Positions 27,991-42,890 of a stretch of DNA of 64,000 bases are shown one piece after another; position 1 is the first letter of the stretch; every line of letters begins with the position of its first letter. The DNA is from the human T2T-CHM13v2.0 reference genome, Homo sapiens. The notes beneath the pieces were generated by a model, which searched no databases, had not been told where the DNA came from, and worked only from the letters and a program-made list of their open reading frames with translations. The DNA lies in NCBI RefSeq assembly GCF_009914755.1, contig NC_060947.1; one strand, given 5' to 3'. The position numbers and the translations under genes are program-made.

Positions 27991-30900
27991 CCTCAGTCCA
28001 CCCACCCAATCCCACCCACACACAGTCAAAAGTTAGTTCTTATTTCCCCGATTGTCAATTTTGTATATATCACTTGATGCACATCATTTTCCCACATCTT
28101 TGTCACTGATTGTTAGTTTTATCTAGTTCAGTAGCAAGCACAATATCTAACAACCTGAATTTATTTTTATTGTAATCATTTCAAAGAAATTAGAGTCAAA
28201 TGTCCTCAACTGTATGTCTCCAGTAATTTCACTTAGAAAGTTTTTCAGGCACTGAATTCGTTCTTGAGAATAGAGTAGCATTCCCCTGTCTGTAATATTT
28301 GAGCAGAAAGGACATTGCTTCCATGAAGCCTTGTTTCTGTTCTTCTTCTGTTTGTTAGAAAATACTCTGTTGATGGCAAATTCGTGAGCAATCTAAATAT
28401 ATAATTAATTAGAAGAACAAATTGAAATTGACCAAATCTCTCAGAGCTTTGAACAAAAGGACTCTTCAAATGGTCAAAACAATTACTTAGAATTTAAGCG
28501 TTCATTGAAATGCGAGACAGTGTGCGGTAGAGATACAAAAGAGAAACCAGGCTCCCATGATATTGTAAATGCTAACCCTGCTCCTTAAGCAAACAAAAGT
28601 CTCTTTCTATTGTCAGTAGCTGTCTTCTAGGACAAATAGTTTGGTATTTTATAAAAGGGAGAAAAACTTATCAAAAACATTCCATGAAATGTACCTCTTT
28701 TGAAAAATTACTCCTTGAATTTGAGTTAAAGAATTCTTTAGAAGCCAAACTGCTGAGATGATTTATCTGCACAAAAGAAAACTACTGTTCAAGAAGCATA
28801 TTTGAAGAATATGTCATTGCAAATCAAAGATTCTTTTAAAAATAAGTCTCAAAAGGAAGAGAGGGAGAGAGGGAGAAAGAGAAAGAGAGAGAAATATATA
28901 ATTAAAGTCATAGGTAATTTAAGTTTGGAAATGAACATTCATTCACTACTTTGTTATATTGTCATATGGTGGTAAACAAAACAAAGCAATAATTTTGTCT
29001 GATTTTCTTCGCTAAGAAATGGAACCATTTATGAAGCTTAGCAACTGATGCGAATTTTGCTTTGATGGTAATTATGTAACAGAGTGGCAGGGGTTTCACT
29101 TCCAGATAAAGATGGACAATGAAGGTCAATTTCTATCCTGTCGTTTTGAATATTCAGTGCCAGCACAATTTAATTGGGATCAGGTAATTGCTCAGAAGGC
29201 TACACTGAGCCCACTATCATCCCTCAGTGTCGCTCCTGCACACCTACTTATCCTGATGTTGTTTGTCAAAAACTGTCACAAGGAATGTGTCTCACTGAGA
29301 AAAATAACCTGTTTGTCATTGCTCAGAGCTTCAAGACCATACTCTAAAGTGATAAGAAAAAGTTTTTTGTTTTTTTTTTTTTTGAGCAAAACTGTCTTGT
29401 CTCTGAACTGATTAAATTGGTCCATCATGGTAATATAAGGGAACATTTTAATGAAATAAATTATTTATGGGAGTTCAGTGATATTTGCTCTCCTAGCTCT
29501 TGTGCGATAGTATCAAGTGTACCTCTTACTCTCTTTTGGCATTGAAGGATATTATATTAGTCTTGAATATCTTTTGCAAAATATTATAAATTATGCAAGT
29601 AATAAATGTAAACATTGTTTTAAGAACTAGAGTATTGTGAATAAATTGCTAAAAATTTATCTTGTGATTTTTCTCATTGGCATTAGAGAGAAGCAGAAAT
29701 TTAGAAACTAATTCGTATATAATGTGTGTTTGTATAATAAAAGGAAACTATGTGCTCAGGAACAGTCTGATGTCCTCAGAATGAAAATACTCATAGTAAC
29801 AGTAACATACATATATGTAATGTGATTTATAAGGATTGCAACATTAAATGTTTGTTTGAATTGGCACTAGTAAATTTTAATTACCACCTATGACTTCTGA
29901 CTTCTGTCTATTGATACGAGGACTAAAAGGATAGTTAATGTTATTATTAGTATTAATAAAAGTAATGTAAGTTTAGTATAAGATTTCTAATCTGTTCACC
30001 ATAGACAATGAACCAAAGAGGAACTACTTTGTGCTACATTTTTATCTGTCTCAGGGCATAGGTTCAAGACAAGACAATTTCTAGTTTTGTAAAATGAAAG
30101 CAGTGATACAGAAGACACCTATTTCATTCCCTCAGATTAATAGTATATAATACTATATATTATATACTTTACACAAATGTTAGAATAAAAATGAAGAAAT
30201 ATTTAAAATGATAGGCTCACTACTATATTTAATAGCATTAATCCTCAAAGGCAGTATTTAATACATTAATTTCTTAATATGCGTGCATTGTGAATACATG
30301 AGAAAAAGGAAAAAAATTCTTTAAATGAGTTCCTGCAATTAATATCATCAAATGATGTAAATTACAGTTTTAAAACAAAAAAGCCCTTAAAGCGTGCTAT
30401 GAATAAAGTAGGAAACAAATTAAATTTTAATCTTTATTATTATTAAAATAATCTTTGCATTGTTCTTTTTCTACTTGAAGTTTCAGTGGTTTTCATTGAT
30501 AGTCATAAACTGGAGAGAAACTTGTGCCCACCTATGATACTCCAGAGGCACAAGACGCCAAGGCTTACTGTCTTCCAGCATTGCTTCCATTTTATGTCTG
30601 GAGGAGATAAGATATGGGTGTAGCTGTGAAGGAGAATTGGATATGCAGACGATTGCTTTATCTTTATCTCTGAATGATGGACACCCAAGCAGTTTTAAGG
30701 GAGGGCCTTTACTGGCTCTCATTTGCCTTGTTTTTATTAGGAGACAGCCTCTCTGGGTTGCAATAGGTTGCAAGTTATAAAATTCAAATGACTCTGGATG
30801 AGATGCTACCTTTCTTAACTTAATTTGAATTGTTCATATCAGGAGTCCTTTTTAAGGATCAGTCAATAGGGGAACAATAAGACAGTCTATGAATCTTCAG

Positions 30901-32052
30901 CATGGGTTACAGCTGGAGGACATAAAAAAGGAGGTTGGAAGCACTGGACACACTTTAAAAAAATCTTGTCTGGGTTGAAAAATGCATTTTCTTTGTCTAA
31001 GTCACATGTTGTATTCCATATTTAGCTGTAGTGTTGAAATAATAGGAAAAACACTGTGTCTTGGCAGGTAGGCCCCTGCTCTGAGCTGGACCCAATGGTC
31101 AGAGCACATTTTTGTTTAACATTCAGAGGGCTGTCAAGATGAGGAAGTCCATTTTATGGGTTTTCTACCATGAATTTGCTCTTCCTGGCCAACTCCGCTC
31201 ATGCCTGTGAAAAGAACTCACCAGCGTACTGGAGAATGAGATACTAAACTAGGACAAGAGCCGCTGCTGAAAAGCTCATGGCTGATATCAACTGGAAACT
31301 AATTCAAATGACTCTTACAATAAACCAGTTCTCCACTCACTCAAAGTGACAGTGAAGTGAAGGAAATCATCCTTTGTGTTTCCTTTGTTTCATGCAATAG
31401 TTTGTGTGGTTAATTCATTATAGTCTTTGTTCTCAAGCGAAATAAAACAGTCAGGTGAAAGAAGAGTTTTCTTCCTTGACTTTAAAGTGGATTTCCTTTT
31501 ATAACAGGTAAAACTCAGCTTTCAATTGTTTTTAGTTCTGAAGTTAATAGCAGTAGTTCTAGGCTTTTTTTTTTTTTTTTTTTAAATCAATGGCTTGTTA
31601 ATTGTCATCCCAGTTATTTACATGTGACTATAGAGACTGCATTCTCCCAGCTGCCAGGCCGCCAGGGCTTTGCCACTGGTATAATTTATAACACGACTAA
31701 TTAAAATGAATTTGCTTGCAATAAGGTTCTGTGTGCTATTTGTGGGAGAGGAGTTATTAAAATTTTCAGTACAGTAATAGTAAACTTGAATGCAAAGTAA
31801 TAATAATCATACATTTTTAATTACATGTTTAATACCCATTTGGCTAATGTAGAACTATTCTGAAAATTACTTGGGATCAGCACAATGTCTTTTTGTGCTT
31901 AGTAGTATCCAAAGACATCCTTCTGAATGGGCTTAGCAATATGCACTGTCATCAAGATACAGCTGTTTGATGACAGACACACAGTGTGTTCCTATGATAC
32001 TTTGCACAAGATCAGCTATGACAAATACAAGTTCATTTTGCTTATTGCAGGC

Positions 32053-32343
32053 AAATAATGTCCTTTGCAGGAACTTGGATGGAGCCAGAGGCCATTATTC
32101 TAAGTGAAATACCTCAGGAGTGGAAAACCAAATACCATATGTTCTCACTTACAAGTGGGAACTAAGCTATGGGTACACAAACGCATATAGAGTAATGGAC
32201 TCTGGCGACTCATACTACATATTGAGTACAATGTACACTACTTGGGTGATGGGTGCACTAAAATCTCAGAATTTGCCACTGTGTCATTCATCCATGTGAA
32301 ACCAGAAACCACCTGTACCTCAAAAGCTGTCGAACTAAAAAAA
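32053..32343 (+). mobile_element. L1 (L1PB/MA-like) 3' end including the ORF2 C-terminus
   Basis: 32058-32165 reads MSFAGTWMEPEAIILSEIPQEWKTKYHMFSLTSGN*, homologous to the L1 ORF2 C-terminus; 3' UTR follows. Confidence 0.92.
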
Positions 32344-32367
32344 TATAAATTTTTAAAAATGATTCCC

Positions 32368-33420
<1,053 letters not shown>

Positions 33421-35344
33421 CCTTTGTTGATATTTATATTCTTTATGTTCTTCAAGGATTGCTCCCAGTTGTAAATAGTTTCTGATGTTTGTTTGTTTGC
33501 TTGTTTTCTAAGTCAACTCCTGAAGAAGCATGTATTTATACACAACTAATCTTGAATGAAGAATGGTCGTTGTTAAGGACTTGATATTAGCAAACTGTAT
33601 TCCCAAGCTCTTTGCTATTTTACCCATAATACTGCAAGACATTTTCTCCGACTCATTTGGAAGGTGTTTCCATTTGTATCTGGCAAGCTATTCTCTTAGT
33701 TCTTAATAATACCGTCATTGAAGATCTTCTAGTATGTAGAAAAGTATAAAGTGCTATTAGTATTCCAAAGGAAAGTATAATCTAAATGGTGAAAGGAAAT
33801 AGAAACATGGGCAAAATCAATACAGCTGAATAAAGTTTAAAGATGCAGAATATGTTACAAGGCAGGTTAGCATTAATTGCTAACCAAGTGATATAGAACA
33901 TAAGTCTATATTATCTGTAATTTACATAGCTATTGATTTTCATAAGGATAAGGCAATACCACTTGTCTAAAATGGAAAAGAATTATGTTGATGTTAGAAA
34001 TAATCATTTACATAAGCGTACATGTGATTTCAAGGACAATAAGCTAATGATGGCTCATAAATATGCATATTTTTCATTGATCAAAACTGCGCAGTAAACT
34101 TCTGGTATCTGATCTTGTAAATTGTTACACAACATTAAGGTAATTAAGAAGAGAATTAAGGCAAATAAGACTGCCTTTAAAACATACCTTTGCATGGTTC
34201 TTCATCTTGAATTCGATAATCACAAATGTGACAAATCTCTGTGCTAAGTTTATTCAGTTTAACAGTTGTAAATTAAAAAAAAAATCCTCCATTATGTTTA
34301 TCAAGTCTTCCAAGCTTTTATTCACCATTTTTAAATTATGTATTTATTTGTACACCATTTAAAAAAATTATATTTTTCTACTTCATGACCCCAGCCAAAT
34401 AGCATACAATGTTTAACTCCTTACAAATCATACTTATTTCTTTATAGTATATTGACAAGTTTTGTGATAGATCTTCTTTTAGAATTCAATAACCTAAGAA
34501 TTAAAAACTATTTTAGAGTTAGTGATTCTAACTTCATGAATCTTCTGATTAATAAGCTTCCTCAAATGCATTTTAAGCAGAAAGAAAATTGCTGAATATA
34601 AACTAAAACTGCTCAGAGAAATGCTTTTTATTATGCACTTTCAAATGAAAGTGAATGCACAATGAGCCCAGTCCTCTCTTTAGTGTTCAGTACACAGCTC
34701 AGGGCTGTGTATTAACCCAGTGCCCTCTCCTTTCTAGCTATGCAATTAGTATTGATTGACTGATAGATAGCACACTTGATGTTGGTGGTCACTGAGGTAC
34801 GTACACCTCTGTACAATGCCCGCCAGGCCATTGTGTGTGCCTGGTACGTTACTGAGGAATAACAAAACAACTGGTGAGTTTTTAATCAACTGTACATGGA
34901 ATACAAAATGTGGTCTGTCTTCCTGTGTCTAGCTACTTTTACTTCGCGGTTTTATTTTCCCAGTGATGTGTACACTTTAGATTTTTTTCCCAGACATAAG
35001 AGAAAATGTATATTGTATTCTACTTGCTGTTTTAAGCTTTCTCTTAAAAAGTCTATACATTATATTTGTGTTATTTAACAGGCCCCCATACATAGCACTT
35101 GGTATGTTTAAAACACCTCATTTGATGCTTTATAAATATGAGTTAATTTGAAGGAAATCATGAGCAAAATCTCATGCACATTTCTTTTGTGTATGAAATT
35201 TAGTGGAGGATGTTTTTGTCTACATATCAGCTTGCAGGACTTCTGCTCAGGCCGCATCATCTTTTATAATACACATGAGGTCCAATATGGCCTCCTTCCA
35301 ATCTATCTGCTGGGACAGGAAAAGGAAGCTCTAAATATCTCAGC

Positions 35345-36280
<936 letters not shown>

Positions 36281-36782
36281 TATGCTTTCATATTTGAACT
36301 GACTGATAAAATTTCAACATACAAAGCATATAGGAATTTTTACTTCAAGTTACATCTGAAATGGTTGGCTATATTTAAAAGTAGATATTCTGTTTTTAAC
36401 AATAAAACATAATATCTTGCTTTTCTATATGACTGACATTATTATGCTAGATGACAACTACATAATTATTGGCAAAGCACAATTTGTAGAATTACAGGAA
36501 TAAAACTGATGGAAGCATGTAGCATTTCATTCTTCCAAAGCCCAGAATGGAACCAAATAGCAGATTAGTTGCAATATTGAGGTTGAAACTCAAGTTCGGT
36601 GCATGTCTATTTCCTCCTCCTTTCTTCCATTCCCATATCAAAATAAAAGAAAACAAACAAAATGCTTTTTTTTTAATAACTTGTTTTTCAGTGTAAGGAA
36701 AAAATGGTACAGTGTGAAAGCTAAAGTACATACTAGCTGAGAAAACCTGACATGAGACTCATTTTTTAAAGTATAAACCTGT

Positions 36783-37015
36783 ATAGTAGATAACATTTCT
36801 TGAATGCTCGCTATGTGCCAGACACAATCATAAGCTCTTTCAAGGATTAACAACACAAGGCTATGAGGTTGGTATTATTGTTCTCCATATTGTACAGATG
36901 AGGAAATAAAGGCACATAGAGGCTTAGTGTCAGAGCTAATAAATGACAGAGGTGGAGTTCAAACCTAGGCAGGTTAGCTCCAGAATCTGTGTTTTAGCTG
37001 CCATTCTGTGCTGCT
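36783..37015 (-). mobile_element. MIR
   Basis: tgaatgctcgctatgtgccagacac...tacagatgaggaaataaaggcacatagagg...ttcaaacctaggcag. Confidence 0.9.
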
Positions 37016-38068
37016 AAAGAGCGTCTGTTACCACCATTATCCTACTAGCAACTTTAAATGCATTCATGTAATCATTGGAAACTTCACATGCTATAGTAAT
37101 TTTTATGCAGAATTTCAGTAAAATATCTCTAACATACAACTTCCAGATTCAAATTTGCAGATCTACCATTGTTATCTAAAGGGTGTTTTGATTGATTTGT
37201 ATCTTATTTTGTGGGACAGCAGGATTCAGTGAGAATTTCCACAGGGTGGAATCAGTATTGAGTGCCCTATGGAAGTGTTAACTCCATTCCAATATCCATA
37301 GTTCAAGCAAATTGTTGTTTCCTGTGAATGTTCTTCAGGCTGTTACTATATGTGCCTGTCATGTCATTCCATGAAAAAATAATGCTGGCCTTGTAGTTTC
37401 TACAAACTTTACTACTATGAGTGTCACCTCTGAGTTTGAAATATTTGAAGCAGGAGACTCTATAAGTTTTCAGAGATAAAATTGTGTCCAGAAAAATATG
37501 TCCCCCTTTGATTGACGTGGGTGAGCATGACTGTGTATCATAGATTATAGTATTCCGTTCACTCAGTTTCCTTTCAACAATGTCTCATATATTTCAAAGG
37601 AAAATGTTGCCATGTCACTTTAGATTTAAAAGGTTGCAGTGAATGATGTTTTCTTAAATAAAAGGGAGGAAAAAGTAATTGTCATGTTTTGTAGATTTAA
37701 GCCCTGTCATTGCCAAAATATCTGCACGTGAAATCAGTAGATAGAATTTTTGGTAGGGCTTCTCTGTTGTCTGAATTCCCATTACTGGAAGGAAAGTATG
37801 AGAAAAATAAAATGAATGTCTCATTTTTCACATGTTCTTCAGTAGTTTGGGGTCACTGTTTGGAAAATCTTAAGAAACTGTGATGGCTTGAATAAGTAGT
37901 AGAGAGTCAATCACTTTAACCTGTGCTATTTATCTATTTTCTTCTACCATCAATTCCCACTATATCTTTAAGAGAAAAATGCAGCACAGAATTTCTGACA
38001 TAGACCATGTTGAAGTACCATTTTTCCCCATCCTTGAAATCTCAACTCTTCCTTAAAAAGTGTCAAGA

Positions 38069-38587
38069 ACCAGGTATGGTGGCTGTGTTAGTTTGTTCTC
38101 ACACTGCTAATAAAGACATACCCAAGACTGGGTAATTTATAATGGAAAGAGCTTTAATTGACTCACAGTTCCACGTGCCTGGGGAGGCCTCACAATCGTG
38201 GCTGAAGGCAAGGAGGAGCAAGAGGACGTCTTACATGGCAGCAGGCAAGAGAGAGTATGTGCAGGGGAACTCCCCTTTATAAAACCATCAGATCTCATGA
38301 GACTTACTCACTATCACAAGAACAGCATGGGAGAGACCCGCCTCCATGATTCAGTTGCCTCCCACCAGGTCCCTCCCACAACACAGGGGAATTATGGGAG
38401 CTACGATTCGAGATTTGGGTGGAGACACACCCAAACCGTATTAGTGGCGCACACCTGTACTCGGGAGACTGAGGCAGGAGGATCCATTGAGTCCAGGAGC
38501 TCGAGGCTGTAGTGAGCCCTGATTGCACCACTGCACTCTAGCCTGGGTGACATTGTGAGACCCTGTTTCTTAAAAAAAAAAAAAAAA
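38069..38587 (+). mobile_element. FRAM / old Alu right monomer split by a THE1 LTR
   Basis: ccaggtatggtggc | ... | gcacacctgtactcgggagactgaggcaggaggatcc...gaggctgtagtgagc...aaaa. Confidence 0.85.
38084..38443 (-). mobile_element. THE1 (B/C-like) MaLR solo LTR
   Basis: 360 bp; ctgctaataaagacatacccaagactgggtaatttat...ataaaaccatcagatctcatgagac...gagatttgggtggagacaca; 5-bp TSD gtggc. Confidence 0.95.
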
Positions 38588-41500
38588 GTCAAATAGATTC
38601 ATTCTCAATTTTATTATGTAAGTATTAGGATGAGATATTTATAGTATGATAGAATCTGACCAAAGAGTATCTGTTCAGCCATAAAGGGAGTATGTAATAA
38701 TATTGTACGTTAGTGATAATATCACCATCAAAAATTATTTCTCAGTTTTCCTTTGAGTGTACATCTGTAAATGTGTATGTTTGTGTGCGTGGCAAGATTT
38801 GCAGATGCCAAAGTCCTATAAGTGTCCTTCTTCCCATCTTTTTATTTGAACTTCTGAGGGTCTGCGGTGAAAGGCAATAAAAGCCCTTAACTTCATTACT
38901 GTACTTTATACTAAATTCAAACAATATTGCTTTATTTATTTTAATTCACGTTTAGATTTGCATTATATTTTGTACAAGACAATGGGTAGAACCTAATTTC
39001 CAGTTTTCACTGGAGCAGAGGGTGGAAAGGAATCAGCAGTAAAAGTGAGTCCTGATTAGTTTCCCCTCCTCTTGCTTTAGCCTTTGATAAGTAAGCGCCT
39101 TCTACTTTCATTTCCAACAGCGTTTACCATAGAAATAATACAGTGCTCTTCTCCATTTGCTGTGGAGCCCTGTGGTTCATTGTTATTATTTCCTCAGGAA
39201 TCCCTTTAAAGGTATCCTGCAATAATGCTATAATCTCAGAGTAGCTTTACCCCTTGCCACCTATATAATGATCATTTCTAGTTAAAAAAAAATCATGTGG
39301 AAGAGAGTTGATAATATTACAAGGAGAAGACAATTTTCCTGCTCAAAATGTGAGAATTTGAAATAATAGATGTGGAGAGAAATTTAAGTAAATATACAAT
39401 TAACTCTTAACCTACAACTTCACTGAAATTCTGAGGAAATATTCCAAGGCTGCATAAAGTGAATGAAGAGTTTCCTACCAAATATTTCTCCCTCAGTACC
39501 TAAGTAATTGTTTCTTTTCTGAATCAGTTGCATACACAGAAGTAGAGGTGGCACTAAAGATAAAGATGCTTCGACCTTGTTCTCACCACTTTTTTTCCTG
39601 TTGGTTTCCAGCAGTGTCATGGGCTTTCATTACTTATTCAAGAACTGGCTGTGCTGAACTTCCATTGCTACTCTGCCTGTACCCACATATTTCTGTAGCT
39701 TGGAAATTTGTCTTTGAGTTTATATAGTGAGGATCTTTTATCTGTCACTGTGCGGTAGCTTTAGCATAACTGCATTTAGATTTAGAGATTAAGGCTTATA
39801 ACTTAATTATGAATCCAACTACATACGAAAGAGTTTAATTTAAATTTAATATTTTGATTCAGCACAGCTCAACTCATGTGTTCTTGTTAAATTGTCTCTC
39901 ATTGAATTTTTCCTTGTCATTACCTTGGACATCAGTGCTTTTCCAGAATTGCAGGCTGTAGCAAAATAACAACGCAGACTTGACTTCTGTCTGAGCTAAT
40001 CTTCAGAAAGGGCACAGGCTAATGGTGACGTAGACATCTTTACAGTTTGTCTGTAAATGTGTTGGGTGGGTGTGTATGTGTGTGTGTGTGTGTTCATGTG
40101 CATACACAGACATATACACATGAATGTGTCTTGCTATGCTAAGGCCTGAACAAATAAAAATAATGTCAAATAAATATATTTACAAAGCCTAATCTGAAAT
40201 GATAAAGTAGATGAAATTTGAGAAGGAACATTTGTGGTCTCCCAATTTTATGCCTCATGCACATGTAACTCTATATACATATATAGAGGGAACACTATTC
40301 ACACAACACATACAAATATACATGTAACACTTATAACAGTGTAGTTATGTAAGTGTTTAGATATGAGAAACTACTATTTATAGGAATCCTTCAGCAGTAT
40401 CTTTCTTGCCTCCTCTTCCTGCTCTTCCTCCTACTTCTCTTCCTCCTTCCTCTCCGCCACCCCCCTCCCCACCCCCGCATAAAAAGGGAATGGTTTAGTC
40501 AGGTAAATAACTAAAAATTGTTATTTTTTTAAATAGGCTTTATAAAGGTGATTTTATCCCAGAAAGAAGTGTACTTACACGGCTATGGGGGACTGATCTA
40601 TGCATATAAAGCTTTTCATTATCAGTGGGAAATTTCCATTTGTAATTATGTCCATCACAACATCAGCAGCAAGAGCATATATAATGTTTCAAAGGTTAGT
40701 TAAGGAGTGTTTGTGCATTTTGTATATAATTAGACAAAGAAGTAATTAATATAGACTTGGATAACTTGCTTGCATAAACAACATTAAAGCAACAATAATG
40801 AACACTTTAAAATATACACGAATATCATGTTAACGTATCAATTGCCCTACTTCTACCTTTCCCTAGTTCAAATCCTAATTTAAATAATATTTCAGTGAAT
40901 ATAATTTTTATACGTAAAATTTCTTCAATATACAAAGAATTGTTTGTTATAAATTTCAGTGTCAGAAACTTTAAACTAGAAATGCATTCCCATCGAAATA
41001 GCGTAGTTAAACCTTCTCTACCAAGTACTAGTGAGATGTTTGTGTCGAGAAGACACAGAGGCTGTGTTGGGGTCTGTCTGCAAACTAACATTACACAGGG
41101 TAGCTTCATTTGGATGTATTTTTAAATTAGATCCCCACTGATGGTTTCCTTTGAAATAAAATGTTTCTCTTATTTTAAAATGCTTGAAAATCAACATTAT
41201 AATTGATGGTTAAATTTCCAGTTTAAGCATACTTTTCCTTGTTGTACTACACATGAAGTACTGTGCTTTGGCAATGAAAATAATAGAAAATGTGCCATAA
41301 AAGTAATTGAAACCTAAACAGAATTGCTGAGTGGGATTTTTGTTTCATGTCTTGAGCATGTTGCTTAAGGAAAGCAGATCTAATTAGGGAAAGACAGGAG
41401 GCAGATACAAAGACTTTGGTGGGAATTGTGAGCAGAGAATTGGGGCATTTTCAAGGGCTATGAGCTTGAGAGAGTCGTTATATCCGATTTCACTTTCCAT

Positions 41501-41779
41501 TTCCTAGTTGTTACTTTTGCTACACCTACACTTATTAATCATCATTGGGGTTGTTTGGGAGCTTACAAGTGAGTTGAAGAGCTGGGTAAAGAATAGAAAT
41601 TTCCTCTGAGTTATTAGAGGAGCAAAGAAGGAAAAAAACAAAAGATGGGAGATGGGAGAATGGTGTGCTTTTGTGTGTTAATGTGCCTGGGGTTGAAGTA
41701 GTTACTTGTGAGAAGCAAAAGGGGACAATAGATCATATGCTATTGCTCATCCTTTTGTGGAAGAAACCCATCAGGTATC

Positions 41780-42110
41780 CATTCACTCACTATTTACTGA
41801 ACAGAACACATTGTAAGAGCACAGTGTATTAGGCGAAGGGAGGTCACTGGTGAACAAGAGCTTCCTGGAGCTTTCAGTCTACTGGTATCACAAGCATAGA
41901 CCAAAGAAGCACATATCATAAGTGCTAAAAGAGGTAGAGCACAGAATGAGACCTCATGATAAGGGCACTTATTATAATAGTCCTAGATCTGAGGGAACAC
42001 TTCTCTGAGAAAATAATGTTTGAGCTGACACCTGAATGCTGAATGGGAGTTAATTTATGTGCCGAGAGATGGGAATAGTTCCTGACAGAGGAATTAGCAA
42101 ATATTAAGCT
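41780..42110 (-). mobile_element. L2 fragment
   Basis: ggtgaacaagagcttcctggagctttcagtcta...tgtttgagctgacacctgaatg. Confidence 0.65.
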
Positions 42111-42149
42111 GAGGAGTTTGTGTTGTATTTTATAAATATAAATTAGGAC

Positions 42150-42890
42150 CTACTCTTCCTTTTGTCTTTCCTTATTAGTGTGATAAAATCATCCTCCTAG
42201 TTACAAAGCCAAGGACTCTGACAGTAATTTTTGACCCTACTTTCTCTGCCACCTTGCACCCCCGTTACCTTTACTCTAATAACATCCTTTTGCTCAATAA
42301 TTTTTTTCTCTTTCTATCTCTAAATCTCTTCTCCTACACTCAACCCTCAATTTAATTCAGGTCTGAGCCACGTATTGCTGAACTCACAGCTTTCTCACTT
42401 CCGCTAGAATTGACTTTCAGAAGCATTTGATCATGACATTTTCAGTGTAAACCTATTCAGTGACACAGCCCTGCCTGTAGAATAAGACGCGTCAGCTTTA
42501 CATGTTCTCTTGATATGATCTGGACCCCTCATCTCCTACCACTTTCCCTGTATTCTTGCCACATGCACCTCCTTGTTCTCTTGAATATAGCAGGCACTTA
42601 GGGCCCTGAGTCTCTAAACATGCCAGCGTGCCCTCCCTTCCCTAATCATCAGTCACAATTTGTATCCTCTAGCCTGTTGCTTTCCAGTTATCATACTCAG
42701 AATTAATTTTGCCTCCTTCCTTGTAATCGTATTACTTTTACCTGCCTCTCCCCCTTTTCAGCATTTACTTTATAACTCTGTCCTATATTGTAGTGTCATA
42801 AATCATTGCTCTAACTAGAGTTTAAGTTCAGTGAGGTCCAAGAATTTGTCTTATTTATTTTTATATTTTATGCTTTTATCATTTTCCACA
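42150..42890 (+). mobile_element. L2 fragment (degraded)
   Basis: catcctcctagttacaaagcc...actagagtttaagttcagtgaggtccaagaatttgtcttattt. Confidence 0.55.

Noticed and set aside
30483-30773. 96-aa ORF in unique sequence
   Set aside because: Non-ATG start, no recognisable homology, no supporting splice signals on that strand
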